This document shows positions 32,663 to 45,031 of a DNA stretch of 64,000 bases, piece after piece. The DNA lies in assembly GCA_905182575.1 (NCBI GenBank), contig CAJJCA010000008.1, positions 1,174 through 65,173 of the forward strand. The letters are read 5' to 3'. The notes beneath the pieces are model-generated. The model saw only the letters and a list, made by a program, of their open reading frames with translations. It did no database searches and was not told the DNA's origin. Numbering within the stretch: the stretch's first letter is position 1; every line of letters starts with the position of its first letter. The stretch comes from an uncultured Flavobacteriaceae bacterium (GTDB taxonomy: Bacteria > Bacteroidota > Bacteroidia > Flavobacteriales > Flavobacteriaceae). Both the position numbers and the translations under genes were made by a program.

Positions 32663-33421
32663 TTAAAATTTTTCAAAAGCTCCCAACCCAAAAAGTGCAA
32701 AATCATATTTCACAGGATCTTTTGGGTCAAACTTCCTTAAAATACTATCAATTTCATTTAAGGTTTTGGCATCATTTTGTTTGCGTTTTAAGAGGCCTAA
32801 TTTCCTAGCTACATTGCCCGTGTGGACGTCTAATGGCAGTGAAAGTAGGGAAGCGTCTATGTTTTTCCAAAGTCCAAAATCAACTCCTTGTTTATCCGAA
32901 CGCACCATCCATCTCAAAAACATGTTGATTCTTTTTGCAGCAGAATTTTTTAAAGGGTCTGAAATGTGCTTTTCAGTTCTTTTAAGATGCTCAAGTTCGA
33001 AAAAAATTGATTTGAAATGATGAATACTGTTTTGTAAAGAATCATTTGGCAATGAAAATAACTTTTCTAATCCACTGTGGTTAAGATAAATGTTTTGCAA
33101 TGCAGAGATAAAATAGGATAAATCATCGCTGTTAAACGTTCTATGAACAAATACTTCGAATTTAGACAAATCACTTTTCTGATGATTTAAAACAAAATCA
33201 AAAGGCGAATGATCCATTAACTCCATCATAAGCGATCCGCTTTTTAGGATGCTTGTACGATTGCCCCAAGCGATTGTTGCGGTTAAAAATGCAGCAATTT
33301 CAACATCTTCTTTTTTGGAAAACCTATGGGGAATCTGAATGGGATCTGTAGGGATAAAATCAGTGTTTTCATACTGAGCAGCTTTAAGATCTAAAAAATC
33401 TTTTAATTCATTTATTTTCAT
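32663..33421 (-). CDS. TIGR02757/DUF2400-family protein
   Basis: Strings I associate with this family are present: DPIQIPHRF, ATIAWGNR, KRINMFLRWMVR, GVDFGLW, PLDVHTGNVARKLGLL and KYDFALFGLG. Confidence 0.65.
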   Translation of the reverse strand: MKINELKDFLDLKAAQYENTDFIPTDPIQIPHRFSKKEDVEIAAFLTATIAWGNRTSILKSGSLMMELMDHSPFDFVLNHQKSDLSKFEVFVHRTFNSDDLSYFISALQNIYLNHSGLEKLFSLPNDSLQNSIHHFKSIFFELEHLKRTEKHISDPLKNSAAKRINMFLRWMVRSDKQGVDFGLWKNIDASLLSLPLDVHTGNVARKLGLLKRKQNDAKTLNEIDSILRKFDPKDPVKYDFALFGLGAFEKF

Positions 33422-34089
33422 GAAATAATTTTACCGTCTTTAAGCGATATTTTACGGTCTACTCGTTCCGCCAGTTCTTCATTATGAGTAACGATCACAA
33501 AAGTACAGCCCAATTGATCTCTTAAATTAAAAAACAATTCATGAAGATAAAGAGCATTCTCAGAATCAAGATTACCACTGGGTTCATCGGCAAAAACAAC
33601 TTTAGGTTTGTTGATTAAAGCACGGGCAACGGCGACACGTTGTTGCTCTCCACCCGACATTTCCTGTGGTTTGTGATGCGTCCTATCAGCCAGACCCAAT
33701 TGACTTAGCAATGCGGTGGCATCTCTTTCAAGGTCTTCTTCTTTTCGATTTCCAATCCACCCAGGCATACAAACATTCTCTAGTGCAGTAAACTCGGGGA
33801 GTAGCTCATGAAATTGAAAAATAAAACCTAGATTTTCATTCCTAAAAAGTGCCATTTCCTTTTCAGAGAGCTTTTGAGTATCCTTATCTACAATTGTTAA
33901 ACTAGTACCCTCACGAGAAGAAGGGGAGTCTAATGTCCCCAAAATTTGTAACAGTGTGGTTTTACCCGCCCCAGAGGGACCGACAATGGCTACAACTTCA
34001 CCTTCTTCAATCTCAAGGTCAATTCCTTTTAATACTTCAAGTTCTCCATATTTCTTATGAATTGCTTTACAGGAAATTATTGTGCTCAT
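33418..34089 (-). CDS. ABC transporter ATP-binding protein (LolD/FtsE-like)
   Basis: Walker [12 protein letters not shown], signature [14 protein letters not shown] and Walker B VVFADEP. Confidence 0.85.
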   Translation of the reverse strand: MSTIISCKAIHKKYGELEVLKGIDLEIEEGEVVAIVGPSGAGKTTLLQILGTLDSPSSREGTSLTIVDKDTQKLSEKEMALFRNENLGFIFQFHELLPEFTALENVCMPGWIGNRKEEDLERDATALLSQLGLADRTHHKPQEMSGGEQQRVAVARALINKPKVVFADEPSGNLDSENALYLHELFFNLRDQLGCTFVIVTHNEELAERVDRKISLKDGKIIS

Positions 34090-34250
34090 AGGTTTAAAAA
34101 TAAGCTGACCGAGTCAGATTTTTAATTTTTTACAAATTATATAAATTATAAAGAATAACACAATCATCGCTTGACATACTTTCAATTGAAATAAAGTATT
34201 TTGTTTTATTATTTATTATATTTGTTAAACAAAAAAATAAATTGAATAAC

Positions 34251-34782
34251 ATGGTATATTTAGCTGGAGGTTGTTTCTGGTGTACAGAAGCAATTTTTCA
34301 ACGTGTCATTGGTGTTAAAAACGTCTTGCCGGGCTATATGGGAGGTTCAATTAAGAATCCTGCATATAGTGAGGTTTGTGGCGGGAATACTGGACATACG
34401 GAAGCCATCGAAGTCATTTTTGACCCTGCAATAATCTCTTTTAAGGACCTTCTTGAAATTTTCTTTTCTGCTCACGATCCCACGACATTAAACCGACAGG
34501 GTAATGATGTTGGGACACAGTATCGATCAGCAATTTTTTATACGAGTGCTATTCAAAAAGAAGAAGCGGAAGAAATGATTCAAGACTTAAATGCAAAGAA
34601 TGAATTTAGCGCACCGATTGTCACCGAAGTGTCGGAAGAAGTACCGTTTTATCATGCTGAAAAGGAACATTCTAATTATTTCAATCTAAACAAAGAGCAA
34701 TCTTATTGCCAGTTTGGGATCTGCTCCTAAAATCAAAAAAGTAACTGCTAAATTTAATAAACACATTTCTAAGGATGAATGA
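34251..34782 (+). pseudogene. msrA: Peptide-methionine (S)-S-oxide reductase MsrA with a frameshift in the last ~25 codons
   Basis: GGCFWC active site. The ORF ends ...YCQFGICS*. Another frame continues [20 protein letters not shown] and stops at 34780-34782, overlapping the folE start (ATGAATGA). Confidence 0.8.
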
Positions 34783-35365
34783 TAATTTTGACATTGACAA
34801 TTTACTTGTAACAGATGAAATTAAATTAAGCTTCATCAATATAATTGGCTCACTGGGAGAAAACTCAGGCAGAGAAGGCTTATTAAAAACTCCTGAGCGT
34901 GCGGCAAAGGCGATGCAGTTTTTGACAGAAGGCTACGATAAAGATCCTAACGAGATCCTTAAAAGTGCAATGTTTAGTGAGAGTTATAATGAAATGGTAA
35001 TCGTTAAAGACATTGAATTATATTCTTTGTGTGAACATCATTTATTACCCTTTTTCGGAAAAGCACACATCGCTTATATTCCTAATGGAAAAATTGTTGG
35101 GTTGAGTAAAATTCCTCGAATAGTTGACGTGTTTTCACGAAGATTTCAAGTACAAGAACGTTTAACGGAACAGATATTAGACTGTATTAATGATACGTTA
35201 AACCTAAGTGTTGCGGTTGTAATTGAAGCTTCTCACATGTGTATGATGATGCGCGGAGTTCAAAAACAAAATTCTACCACAACAACTTCTGGTTTTAGAG
35301 GGGCTTTTAAAGATACTAATACTCGAAATGAATTTTTGAAATTAATCAGTTCGAGGCTTTCTTGA
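34775..35365 (+). CDS. folE: GTP cyclohydrolase I
   Basis: [23 protein letters not shown] and HMCMMMRGV motifs. Confidence 0.9.
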   Translation: MNDNFDIDNLLVTDEIKLSFINIIGSLGENSGREGLLKTPERAAKAMQFLTEGYDKDPNEILKSAMFSESYNEMVIVKDIELYSLCEHHLLPFFGKAHIAYIPNGKIVGLSKIPRIVDVFSRRFQVQERLTEQILDCINDTLNLSVAVVIEASHMCMMMRGVQKQNSTTTTSGFRGAFKDTNTRNEFLKLISSRLS

Positions 35366-36014
35366 AATAATCAATAAAAGCTATTTTGAATATATCTTCT
35401 GTTTTCATAGGATTGCTTCAATTTATATGAGACTTGTGCCTGATATAGATTCCACTTTAATTGCTAATTTCAATTGAAGAGGCCAATTAATAGGTTTAAA
35501 AAAGTGTTTTTACTTCCGTATTCTCTTAACTCTAAAAAATATTATTTAGATTTTGAATTAATTTGTTAATAGATTCAGCTTGCGATGCTAAGGTTTCTTT
35601 GAGACGAGTTTCAATAAATTGAATTTACGCTTCAGCTTCAGGGATATTTATCTCATTTTTTGATATTTAAATCTTCATTTCCACTTAATAACAGATTCTT
35701 TGAAACGCTTATTTGATTCACGGTGATAGAAATCGTTTCATGTTTTTTCTGCTTGATTCAGTTCTCTAAATAATTATTTTTTTACAGCTTATAAAAGCAA
35801 AGTATTGAATTACCTGATAAGTATAGTATAGTATCTAAACCTGATTTTACACATTTAGATGATAAAATTGACACTATATTCACTATAATATTTAATTCAT
35901 TATTTGATAATCTAAAAAGATAATTTTAAAGAAGGAGAATTCTGGTTATGTAAGTCATGTTTTAAGGAAAAAAGACTATTTAAACTAATTTTATCTAGAT
36001 TTAATGGAGAGAGA

Positions 36015-36341
36015 TTATTTTTCCTTAAAAAGAAATTTTAATCCAATTTTACTCAGCATTTTTTTCTCAAATTGCCAGAAAAATTTAAACTGAAAAAAAA
36101 GAGCTCCGAAGAGAATTAACAAAACTTGATAGATAGGGAAAACAATAATTATCCTAAGTATATAATAAAATACTTTCCCTAATAAAAAATCTTCAAATGT
36201 AGTAATGTTTATGTTTAGAAAATAAAGAACAGGCTCAGCAAATTTAATGCTTGCACTCCCAGTAAGGGCGAAGACAATTAAAATAACGATAATTTGAAAA
36301 TTGGATTTAATATCCCATTTTTCCTTTAGTCGATTGAGCAT
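36015..36341 (-). CDS. Small 3-TM membrane protein downstream of serA
   Basis: A 108-aa hydrophobic ORF 5 nt downstream of serA. Function unknown. Confidence 0.45.
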   Translation of the reverse strand: MLNRLKEKWDIKSNFQIIVILIVFALTGSASIKFAEPVLYFLNINITTFEDFLLGKVFYYILRIIIVFPIYQVLLILFGALFFQFKFFWQFEKKMLSKIGLKFLFKEK

Positions 36342-36346
36342 TCATT

Positions 36347-37297
36347 TTATCCTAAAAGTGAAATGATTTGATTTGCCAACTCTTCTCCAATTCTGTCCTG
36401 AGCCTCTAGTGTAGCAGCGCCGATATGGGGAGTTAGAGAAATCTTTGGATGCATTAAAAGTTTGACTTCTGGTTTGGGTTCATTTTCGAATGTATCCAAA
36501 GCTGCGAAAGCAAGCTTGTTGCTGTCTAATGCGTCTACCAAAGCAACTTCATCAAGAACGCCTCCTCTGGCTGCATTAACGACAACGGCTCCATCCTTCA
36601 TCATTGCAAATTCCTTTTTACCCAAGACATATTTCTTTTGTGCAGGCACATGAAGACTTAAGAAGTCAGATTTCTTTAATACTTCATTCATTGGAAGGGT
36701 ACTTATTTCAACGGATACTGACGCTCCATTAAACAAGGTAACAGGTACGCTAACTTTATCAATAAATTTGTCCGCAGCCAAAACTTGCATTCCAACGCCC
36801 AAAGCGATCTTTGCAACCTCTTGACCAATTCGACCAAATCCTATGATTCCAATTGTTTTCCCTCTAAGCTCAACTCCTTTTGCATAGGCTTTTTTGAGTC
36901 CCTTAAAGTTAGACTCTCCCTCCAAGGGCATGTTGCGATTAGAATCGTGTAAAAACCTTACGCCGCCATAGAGGTGGGCAAATACTAATTCAGCCACAGA
37001 AGCTGAAGAAGCAGCGGGAGTATTGATAACACTCAATCCTTTTTCGCGAGCATATTCAACATCAATATTATCCATTCCTACGCCACCACGTCCAATAACT
37101 TTTAATCCTGGACATGCATCAATTAATTCTTTTCTTGCAGTGGTTGCACTTCTTACGAGCAATACTGTAATACTATTTTCATTGATATAATTGGCTACTT
37201 GTTCTTGAGCAACATTGGTTGTGGTTACTTCAAAACCAGCAACATTTAAAATATCAATCCCTGCTTGAGAAACTCCGTCGTTGGCTAGTATTTTCAT
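36347..37297 (-). CDS. serA: D-3-phosphoglycerate dehydrogenase (short D-2-hydroxyacid dehydrogenase type)
   Basis: NAD-binding GIIGFGRIGQEVA and catalytic R/E/H region (NAARGG...TPHIGA). It lies adjacent to serC. Confidence 0.8.
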   Translation of the reverse strand: MKILANDGVSQAGIDILNVAGFEVTTTNVAQEQVANYINENSITVLLVRSATTARKELIDACPGLKVIGRGGVGMDNIDVEYAREKGLSVINTPAASSASVAELVFAHLYGGVRFLHDSNRNMPLEGESNFKGLKKAYAKGVELRGKTIGIIGFGRIGQEVAKIALGVGMQVLAADKFIDKVSVPVTLFNGASVSVEISTLPMNEVLKKSDFLSLHVPAQKKYVLGKKEFAMMKDGAVVVNAARGGVLDEVALVDALDSNKLAFAALDTFENEPKPEVKLLMHPKISLTPHIGAATLEAQDRIGEELANQIISLLG

Positions 37298-37306
37298 TGT
37301 ATATTT

Positions 37307-38371
37307 TTAAATATTTTTTTCAAATTCTTTCATGCATGATATAAGTACTTCGATACTTTCCGTAGGAAGTGCGTTATATATTGAAGCGCGATAACCTCCA
37401 ACAGATCTGTGTCCTTTCAGCCCATTGATTCCTGCTTCCCTCCATAGCTTATCAAAAACAACTGCATGACTGTCATCAACTAAATTAAAAGTAGCATTCA
37501 TCTCAGATCGGTCTTCAACAGCTGCGAAACCTTTAAATAAAGGATTTCTATCAATTTCATTATAAATCAATGCTGCTTTTTTAGCATTGTTTGCTCCAAC
37601 ACCTTTTAAACCACCATTTGCTTCAATCCATCTTAGATTAAGTAGCGCAGTGTAAATAGGAAAAACAGGAGGCGTATTAAACATGCTGTCTGCTTTAGCG
37701 TGAACTGCGTAGTCCATCATTGAAGGAATGGTTCGGGTTACTTTACCTAAGATGCTTTCCTTAACAACAACTAATGTTATTCCAGAAGGGCCCATGTTTT
37801 TTTGAGCACCCGCGTAAAATAAATCGAATTTTGAATAGTCAAATTCACGTGAAAAAATATCTGAACTCATGTCCGCTACCAAAGACGCATCGGTTGTAGG
37901 GATTTCTTTAAATTGAGTTCCGAAAATAGTATTGTTGGTCGTCAGGTGAACATAATCAAGCCCTGTAGGGATGTCATAATCTTTAGGGATATAATTGAAG
38001 TTATCCTCTTTAGAAGAAGCTAATTCAGTTACTTCTCCAAAAAGTTTAGCTTCCTTAATGGCTTTTGTTGACCAAGTACCAGTATTGACATACCCTGCTT
38101 TGTTTTCCAACAAATTATAGGCAGCCATCAGAAACTGAAGACTTGCTCCTCCATGGAGGAACATGGCCTTATAGCCTTTGTTTTCAAGATTTAAAACTTG
38201 AAGTGCCCTTTGGCAAGCTTCTTCCATGATCGCAATAAACTCTTTGCTTCTGTGAGATATTTCAATCAGAGAAAGACCGATATTGTCCAATTCAATTACT
38301 GCTTTGGCAGCGCCCTCAATAACTTCTTTTGGAAGGATAGAAGGTCCAGCGCTAAAATTGTGTTTTTTCAT
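37307..38371 (-). CDS. serC: Phosphoserine aminotransferase
   Basis: FSAGPSILP start, GGASLQF and AGAQKNMGPSGITLV (PLP lysine region). Confidence 0.9.
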   Translation of the reverse strand: MKKHNFSAGPSILPKEVIEGAAKAVIELDNIGLSLIEISHRSKEFIAIMEEACQRALQVLNLENKGYKAMFLHGGASLQFLMAAYNLLENKAGYVNTGTWSTKAIKEAKLFGEVTELASSKEDNFNYIPKDYDIPTGLDYVHLTTNNTIFGTQFKEIPTTDASLVADMSSDIFSREFDYSKFDLFYAGAQKNMGPSGITLVVVKESILGKVTRTIPSMMDYAVHAKADSMFNTPPVFPIYTALLNLRWIEANGGLKGVGANNAKKAALIYNEIDRNPLFKGFAAVEDRSEMNATFNLVDDSHAVVFDKLWREAGINGLKGHRSVGGYRASIYNALPTESIEVLISCMKEFEKNI

Positions 38372-38484
38372 AAGAATTTTCAAAGTGCAAATATCAAAAG
38401 ATCAGTTCAATTATTCATCGTTATATGATTAATTTTTATCATATTTTTCAACAAATATTTATAATAATAAATATAGGATACATT

Positions 38485-39506
38485 TTATAAGTCGATAAGA
38501 AATGTCATTGTGTCGATTCCATCTGCATAATCCCACAACTGGGGTTGTTGTGTCTGCCCAAAGGGAATGGCATTTTTAAGCGGTATCGTTGAAACTAGAC
38601 ATTGAATTTGATCTTCAAGGGTATCTAGTTTTTTTTCTAAAGTTTCAATGTTTTCATAATGTTCATAAAATCTATCACAAAAGTGGAGGAAATTCCTTTA
38701 TCTTTTTTAATCATAAAAAATCCATTTTCAATAAAATCAAACTCACTCATCAAAAATACTGCCTTGTTATAATCATAATTATTTGCGTATTTATTAACAT
38801 TTAAAACACTTGCAAGAGGATAGACCCCTCCAAAAATCTAAATTTAAATCAAAGCCTTTTGGCACATAAAGCTTTGAAACATTTCGGCAACCCATGCCAT
38901 AATATTGCAATATATCTTTCCCTAAGGCTTCGTATTCTTCTTTTGATTCATTTCCTGTTAAGACCGCAACGCCGTTTCTGTTTTTTCTAATGATGTGAGG
39001 ATATTTTGAGAAATAATAGTCAAAATATCTGGCAGCATTGTTTCCTCCGGTCGCGATTACAGCGTCAAACCCATCAAGTTTTTCAGTAGTAAAAATGGTA
39101 GAAGATTTAAAAACAGGGTCTAGATTAGTAATAAAGGGTATCAATATTTGATCCTTGGAAGCACATTTAACTAAAGCGATATCTCCACTAATCCATATGG
39201 AAATTAAATCATGAAGTCCCTACCAATGGAATATTACCCGCCATAATTACTGCAATAGTTTTCTGCTCCTGAGTTTTCTTCTAAATCATAAGAAGTAATC
39301 CATTTATTGATTTTTTCTTTGCTAAGCGAGTCTCCCCAAGCCTTGAATGCCACTAAACATTGATCCAATTGGAACCAAGCGTTGTGTTGCTTTGCAGTTT
39401 CCAAACACTCGAAAAACTTTTGATATTCAGGATTTTCAGCTTTAATGTTCTGAAAATAAAGCCCTAATTTTTCAAGGGCTAAAATTCTATCTTTAATAAG
39501 ATTCAT
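38485..39506 (-). pseudogene. LuxC-like acyl-CoA reductase, several frame breaks
   Basis: Fragments 39234-39506 and 38794-39144 plus unlisted pieces are colinear. The pieces read ...FLHFCDRFYEHYENIETLEKKLDTLEDQIQCLVS..IPFGQTQQPQLWDYADGIDTMTFLIDL*, with stop at 38485-38487. The family call rests on recalled flavobacterial synteny with the adjacent ferredoxin and serC. Confidence 0.55.
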
Positions 39507-39553
39507 TTATTTGTTAAGTATGTATTTAGGTCTTACTTTTGTAGCAAATTTAA

Positions 39554-39921
<368 letters not shown>

Positions 39922-39956
39922 GAACAATAGGGCTCTTAAAATTTACGATTTCAATA

Positions 39957-40747
39957 TTATTTTTTCGCTAATTTATCTTTACAAGTCTCGCTTGTGAAAT
40001 AGTGTGCATCTTCTGCACGCCAAGCAGCACCAAAATTGGGATGGTCCAGTGTAATTTGATTCATTTCCTCGCTAGCAAGCGCAGGATGAATCAACAGGAT
40101 GGATAGCCCTTCTGGTAAGTTATCTAATATTGAATCATAATGTGCAGTCAGTCCTTTTCCTTCAAATTCCTGAAAAGAGGCCATGAAAATCGATTCAATA
40201 CATTTTTCGGTGGGTAGCTTAAATTGTGATGGAGATTCGCCTGTACATGCAATTAATTTTTCACTTAGAATAATTGGTATTTGATAGCTTGCACCTAGCT
40301 TCTGGTATAAATCCAAAAGATCTTGCCGAACCCTAGAGTGTACATATGCGAATCTAAATGAGAGGGTTTTAATCCTAATGAAAGGGCATATTCAATTTGA
40401 TTTGTTAATTCCAACTCGACTTCCTCCAAAACAGCGGAGTTTCTGATGTGCTTGCGTTTGGGATAAAAATGACCTTGTTTATCGACCAAAGAAGGAATTT
40501 TGGCTGGAGCTGTGATGGATCGAAATGGATAGGTTTTCCATTCTCCGGTTAAGGTTAAATGAATTCCATAATCTAATTCAGGTTGCTGCAAGCAAAACTG
40601 AGCCATCTCATAAAACCAAGGGCAAGGAACCATTAAACTGGTTGAGCTGATGCTTCCTTTAAGCATTCCTACTTGCGTTGCTTTATTTTCAGACCAAGCC
40701 AAGCCGGCATCATCGGCATGAATTATTAATTGTTTTTTAGAATTCAT
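39957..40747 (-). pseudogene. ChbG/YdjC-family carbohydrate deacetylase, one frame break
   Basis: LIIHADDAGL, GIHLTLTGEW and SHLDSHMY metal/acid-base motifs. ORFs 40295-40975 and 39957-40316 are colinear. The true start is probably MNSKK at 40747; the longer ORF-track N-terminus is read-through antisense to ychF. Confidence 0.65.
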
Positions 40748-40835
40748 TAAATGTTGATATAAATAATCTTTGTCATAAATAGTGAAAGTAAATGGAAAAG
40801 TCAAAAGAAACCTTATTTTTGCCAAAATTATTTTC

Positions 40836-41930
40836 ATGAAAGCAGGTATTGTCGGATTGCCCAATGTTGGGAAATCAACACTTTTCAATTGTTTGTCCAA
40901 TGCAAAAGCACAAAGTGCTAATTTTCCTTTTTGTACAATTGAGCCCAATATTGGTGTTGTCAATGTGCCAGACAAGCGATTGGATGTTTTATCTGAACTT
41001 GTAAATCCAGAAAAAATAGTTCCTGCAAATGTTGAGATTGTTGATATTGCTGGTTTGGTTAAAGGTGCTTCTAAAGGAGAAGGACTAGGAAATCAATTTT
41101 TAGGAAATATTCGTGAAACTGATGCCATACTCCATGTGTTGCGTTGTTTTGATGATGACAATATTATTCATGTTGATGAATCAGTTGATCCGGTTCGAGA
41201 TAAGGAAACAATTGACATGGAACTTCAGTTGAAAGACCTAGAAACCGTTGAAAAGAAAAGAGAAAAAATTCAACGTGCGGCCAGAACAGGAAATAAAGAA
41301 GCCCAAAAAGAATTGAGTGTCATTGAATTGATTATCACTGCTTTGGAAAGTGCTCAAAACGTAAGAACCTTAGTTTTTTCAGAGGACGACAGGGCTGCCT
41401 TCGTTACACCTTTACAGTTAATCACAGATAAGCCTGTTCTTTATGTTTGTAATGTTTCTGAAGACGCTGCTGTCAATGGAAATACTTATGTTGATAAAGT
41501 GAAAAAAATAGTAGCTGATGAAAACGCTGAAGTTTTAATTTTGGCAGTGAGCATTGAGGCGGACATAAACGAATTGGATTCCTACGAAGAAAGACAATTG
41601 TTTTTAGAAGACTTAGGTCTTGAAGAGCCTGGTGCTACTAAATTGATCAATTCTGCCTATCATTTATTAAACCTGCAAACCTATTTCACGGCAGGTGAAA
41701 AAGAAGTACGAGCTTGGACCATCCCGATTGGCGCCACTGCACCTCAAGCCGCAGGTGTTATTCATACCGATTTTGAAAAAGGGTTCATTCGTGCAGAAGT
41801 GATTGGATATAATGACTTTGAAACCTTAGGGTCTGAAGCTAAAGTCAAAGAAGCTGGTAAAATGAAAGTAGAAGGAAAGGAGTACATTGTTAAGGATGGC
41901 GATGTGATGCACTTTAGATTTAATGTCTAA
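40836..41930 (+). CDS. ychF: Redox-regulated ATPase YchF
   Basis: [28 protein letters not shown] and C-terminal TGS-like [10 protein letters not shown]. Confidence 0.95.
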   Translation: MKAGIVGLPNVGKSTLFNCLSNAKAQSANFPFCTIEPNIGVVNVPDKRLDVLSELVNPEKIVPANVEIVDIAGLVKGASKGEGLGNQFLGNIRETDAILHVLRCFDDDNIIHVDESVDPVRDKETIDMELQLKDLETVEKKREKIQRAARTGNKEAQKELSVIELIITALESAQNVRTLVFSEDDRAAFVTPLQLITDKPVLYVCNVSEDAAVNGNTYVDKVKKIVADENAEVLILAVSIEADINELDSYEERQLFLEDLGLEEPGATKLINSAYHLLNLQTYFTAGEKEVRAWTIPIGATAPQAAGVIHTDFEKGFIRAEVIGYNDFETLGSEAKVKEAGKMKVEGKEYIVKDGDVMHFRFNV

Positions 41931-42008
41931 AATCTTTACCTTGTGATTGATGAAATCAAATGAACTAAAATATCTGATTTTACTTTGTGTTATATCTAGC
42001 TATTGTAG

Positions 42009-42578
42009 TTGATCTTTCTTGATTATCAATTGCTTTACAGTGTTTTTAAGCCTTTAACTACCTTCCTAATAATCTTACTTGTTGTAAGATTCAGAAATTC
42101 AAATTCATATTCTAAAAGAATATTGTTGGGTCTCATTTTCTGCCTTTTTGGAGATAGTTTTTTGTTGTTTGAAAATTATTTTATTTTTGGATTGGCTTCT
42201 TTTTTAATAGGACATTTATTTTTTCTGTATGCTTTTATAAAGGTTCAAGGATGGCAATGGCCAATAAAAACAGGGGGGATTCTTGTCATGGCTGCGCTTG
42301 CAATTTTAACCCTGAGCTATGCTAACTTGGATGCGCTTTTGATTCCCGTTCTGTTTTACATCAGTATCATTGTATTAATGAGTTGGCAAGGAATTGCACT
42401 CACTCAAAGCGGAGTAACAGCCTATAAAAATCTTAGTTGGGCCGTTTCCTTATTTCTTTTATCGGATGGACTTTTGGCTTTAAATAAGTTTTATATTCCT
42501 TTTGTCTTTTCTGGAATCATAATTCTTTCCACCTATTGGCTCGCGATCTTCCTTTTAGCGGAAACAACAAAAGAATGA
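42009..42578 (+). CDS. YhhN-family lysoplasmalogenase-like membrane protein
   Basis: A multi-TM ORF with YhhN-like KPLTT and FCLFGD strings. An ATG ORF at 41950 (MKSNELKYLILLCVISS) in another frame may be the original N-terminus, implying a possible frameshift near 42005. Confidence 0.6.
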   Translation: MIFLDYQLLYSVFKPLTTFLIILLVVRFRNSNSYSKRILLGLIFCLFGDSFLLFENYFIFGLASFLIGHLFFLYAFIKVQGWQWPIKTGGILVMAALAILTLSYANLDALLIPVLFYISIIVLMSWQGIALTQSGVTAYKNLSWAVSLFLLSDGLLALNKFYIPFVFSGIIILSTYWLAIFLLAETTKE

Positions 42579-42608
42579 TTAATAAAAAAACCTGATTAAA
42601 GATTATGA

Positions 42609-42971
42609 TTATTTTGTCTTAGCTACAGAATCATAAATCACAACTTTTTCCCAAAGGTGTTTTGCTTTTTCAATAAAAAGTAAGTGAGTCGGGTCAACTT
42701 GATACTCATCATGTGTTTCAATATCAGGAAAGGTCACCACTAAGCAATAGGTATAAGAGTTGTCAACCACTTCGCGTTCTGTTGCTGCTGGAGTTCCAAC
42801 ATGATAGGAGCTGATCTGTGGATTGCTGGAAATGAAATCATTGAGCACCGATTCAAAAAGGGTGCAATCTTCAATATTATCTGCATTTTTTAACCAAAAA
42901 AGAACTGTATGGACAAACGCACCATTGATTTTTTTTGCATTAGATTGAATTGAAGTAGTATTGGAAACCAT
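42609..42971 (-). CDS. Dabb (stress-responsive alpha/beta barrel) family protein
   Basis: FVHTVLFWLK...HDEYQVDPTHLLF pattern. The ORF is 120 aa. Confidence 0.6.
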   Translation of the reverse strand: MVSNTTSIQSNAKKINGAFVHTVLFWLKNADNIEDCTLFESVLNDFISSNPQISSYHVGTPAATEREVVDNSYTYCLVVTFPDIETHDEYQVDPTHLLFIEKAKHLWEKVVIYDSVAKTK

Positions 42972-43172
42972 AATGTATAATATTAGTTTTAAAAATGAAT
43001 TTACTCTTTAAAAATTTTTAGCAATCTAATAAAATGTTCTCGCAAATCCCCAGAAACATGTGGTCTCTTGAATAAAAACTTCTCAACAATGAAACAAATT
43101 AATTGTTAATTTCTTTGATGGCATAGGTCTCCAGAATTCCCATTCAAATTTTAACTTAGCTATTCTAAAATT

Positions 43173-45023
43173 ATGGCTGAAGAAACAAAATATACTGAGG
43201 ACAATATCCGTTCCCTCGACTGGAAGGAACACATTCGCATGCGACCTGGAATGTATATCGGGAAACTAGGGGATGGTTCTTCACCAGATGATGGGATTTA
43301 CATCCTCTTAAAAGAAGTTTTAGACAACTGTATCGATGAATATGTAATGGGGGCTGGTAAAACAATCGACATTACAATCAAAGAAAGTGTTGTGATGGTT
43401 CGCGATTATGGAAGAGGAATCCCTTTGGGTAAGGTGGTCGATGTTGTTTCTAAAATGAATACTGGGGGTAAATACGATTCCCGTGCCTTTAAGAAATCTG
43501 TGTGGATTTACCCTATTCTGAAATTGAAAATGCACTTTCTTCTAGCTTCTATGTTGAATCTAACAGAGAAAGCAAAAGCGCTGCTGCAAAATTTGAATAT
43601 GGAAACCTCGTAGATCAAGAAGCCATTTCTTCAAGTTCAAGAAGAAGGGGAACGAAGGTTACTTTTATTCCAGACAGTAGCATTTTTAAAAATTATCGTT
43701 ATCGACTGGAATATGTCGAACGAATGTTAAAATATTATGTTTACCTCAATCCGGGATTAACGATTGATTTAAACGGAGTTAAGTTTCACTCAGAAAACGG
43801 GCTCAAGGATCTTTTGGAAGACCAAACCAATCCTTCGGATTTACTCTACCCAATAATTCACTTAAAGGGTGAGGATATTGAAGTGGCAATAACCCACAGT
43901 CGATCTCAATACAGCGAAGAGTATCATTCTTTTGTAAACGGTCAGCACACCACTCAAGGAGGAACGCATCAAGCAGCATTTAGAGAATCATTGGTGAAAA
44001 CCATAAGAGAACATTTTGGAAAGAATTTTGAAGCGTCTGATATTCGTAAGTCAATTATTTCTGCGGTAAGCATAAAGGTGATGGAGCCAGTCTTTGAATC
44101 TCAAACCAAAACTAAGTTGGGGTCAACAGAAATAGGGGAAGGAATGACCTCCGTACGTTCCTTTATCAACGATTTTCTCGGGACTCAACTGGATAACTTT
44201 CTTCACAAAAACACCGAAACCGCTGAGGCAATTCGCCGCAAGATCATGCAGGCCGAAAAAGAGCGTAAAGAACTCTCAGGGATCAGAAAGCTTGCGAAGG
44301 AGCGAGCCAAAAAAGCCAGCTTACACAACAAGAAATTAAGGGATTGCAGAGTACATCTTGGAGATTTAAAAAAAGACAGACGTTTAGAGTCTAGTATTTT
44401 TATTACGGAAGGGGATTCTGCAAGTGGTTCTATTACCAAATCGCGAGATGTCAACACCCAAGCAGTATTTAGTTTAAGGGGAAAGCCCCTAAATACTTAC
44501 GGGATGACCAAGAAAGTTGTTTACGAGAATGAAGAGTTTAATTTACTTCAGGCTGCCTTGAACATTGAGGACGGCATGGAAGATTTACGCTATAACAATA
44601 TTGTCATTGCAACAGATGCCGATGTTGATGGGATGCACATTAGACTGTTATTATTACTTTTTCCTTACAATTTTTCCCGAGCTAATTAAAGAAGGACATT
44701 TGTATATTCTTACAAACCCCTCTTTTTAGAGTTAGAGATAAAAAACAAACGTTTTATTGTTACAGCGAACAAGAAAGAAGAGACGCCATCAAAAAGTTGA
44801 GTGGAAAACCAGAGATAACTCGATTTAAAGGTTTGGGAGAAATCTCTCCAGATGAGTTTAAATACTTTATTGGAGATGACATTCGCTTAGATCCCATTAT
44901 GTTAGACAAAAACACGACAATGGAAGATTGTTGGAGTTTTATATGGGAAAAAACACACAGGATCGTCAAAAGTTTATTATTGACAACCTTAAGGTGGAAC
45001 TTGATTTTATAGAAGAAAGCTAA
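43173..45023 (+). pseudogene. parE: DNA topoisomerase IV subunit B (type IIA ATPase subunit), at least 4 frame breaks
   Basis: GHKL N-terminus ([19 protein letters not shown]), TOPRIM ([22 protein letters not shown]) and tail ([25 protein letters not shown]) are present. They are spread over three frames with breaks near 43500, 44660, 44715 and 44925. It is paired with the A subunit directly downstream. Confidence 0.85.
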
Positions 45024-45031
45024 AGTTTTTA

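Noticed and set aside
38589-38804. A 71-aa plus-strand ORF in the apparent gap after serC.
   Set aside because: It is antisense to readable C-terminal fragments of the degraded acyl-CoA reductase, and its sequence is low-complexity.
40748-40975. A long N-terminal extension of the ChbG-like ORF, and the TTG-start extension of ychF (40782-40835), which overlap each other.
   Set aside because: Conserved N-termini begin at MNSKKQLIIHADD (40747) and [14 protein letters not shown] (40836). The extensions are read-through of the divergent intergenic region.
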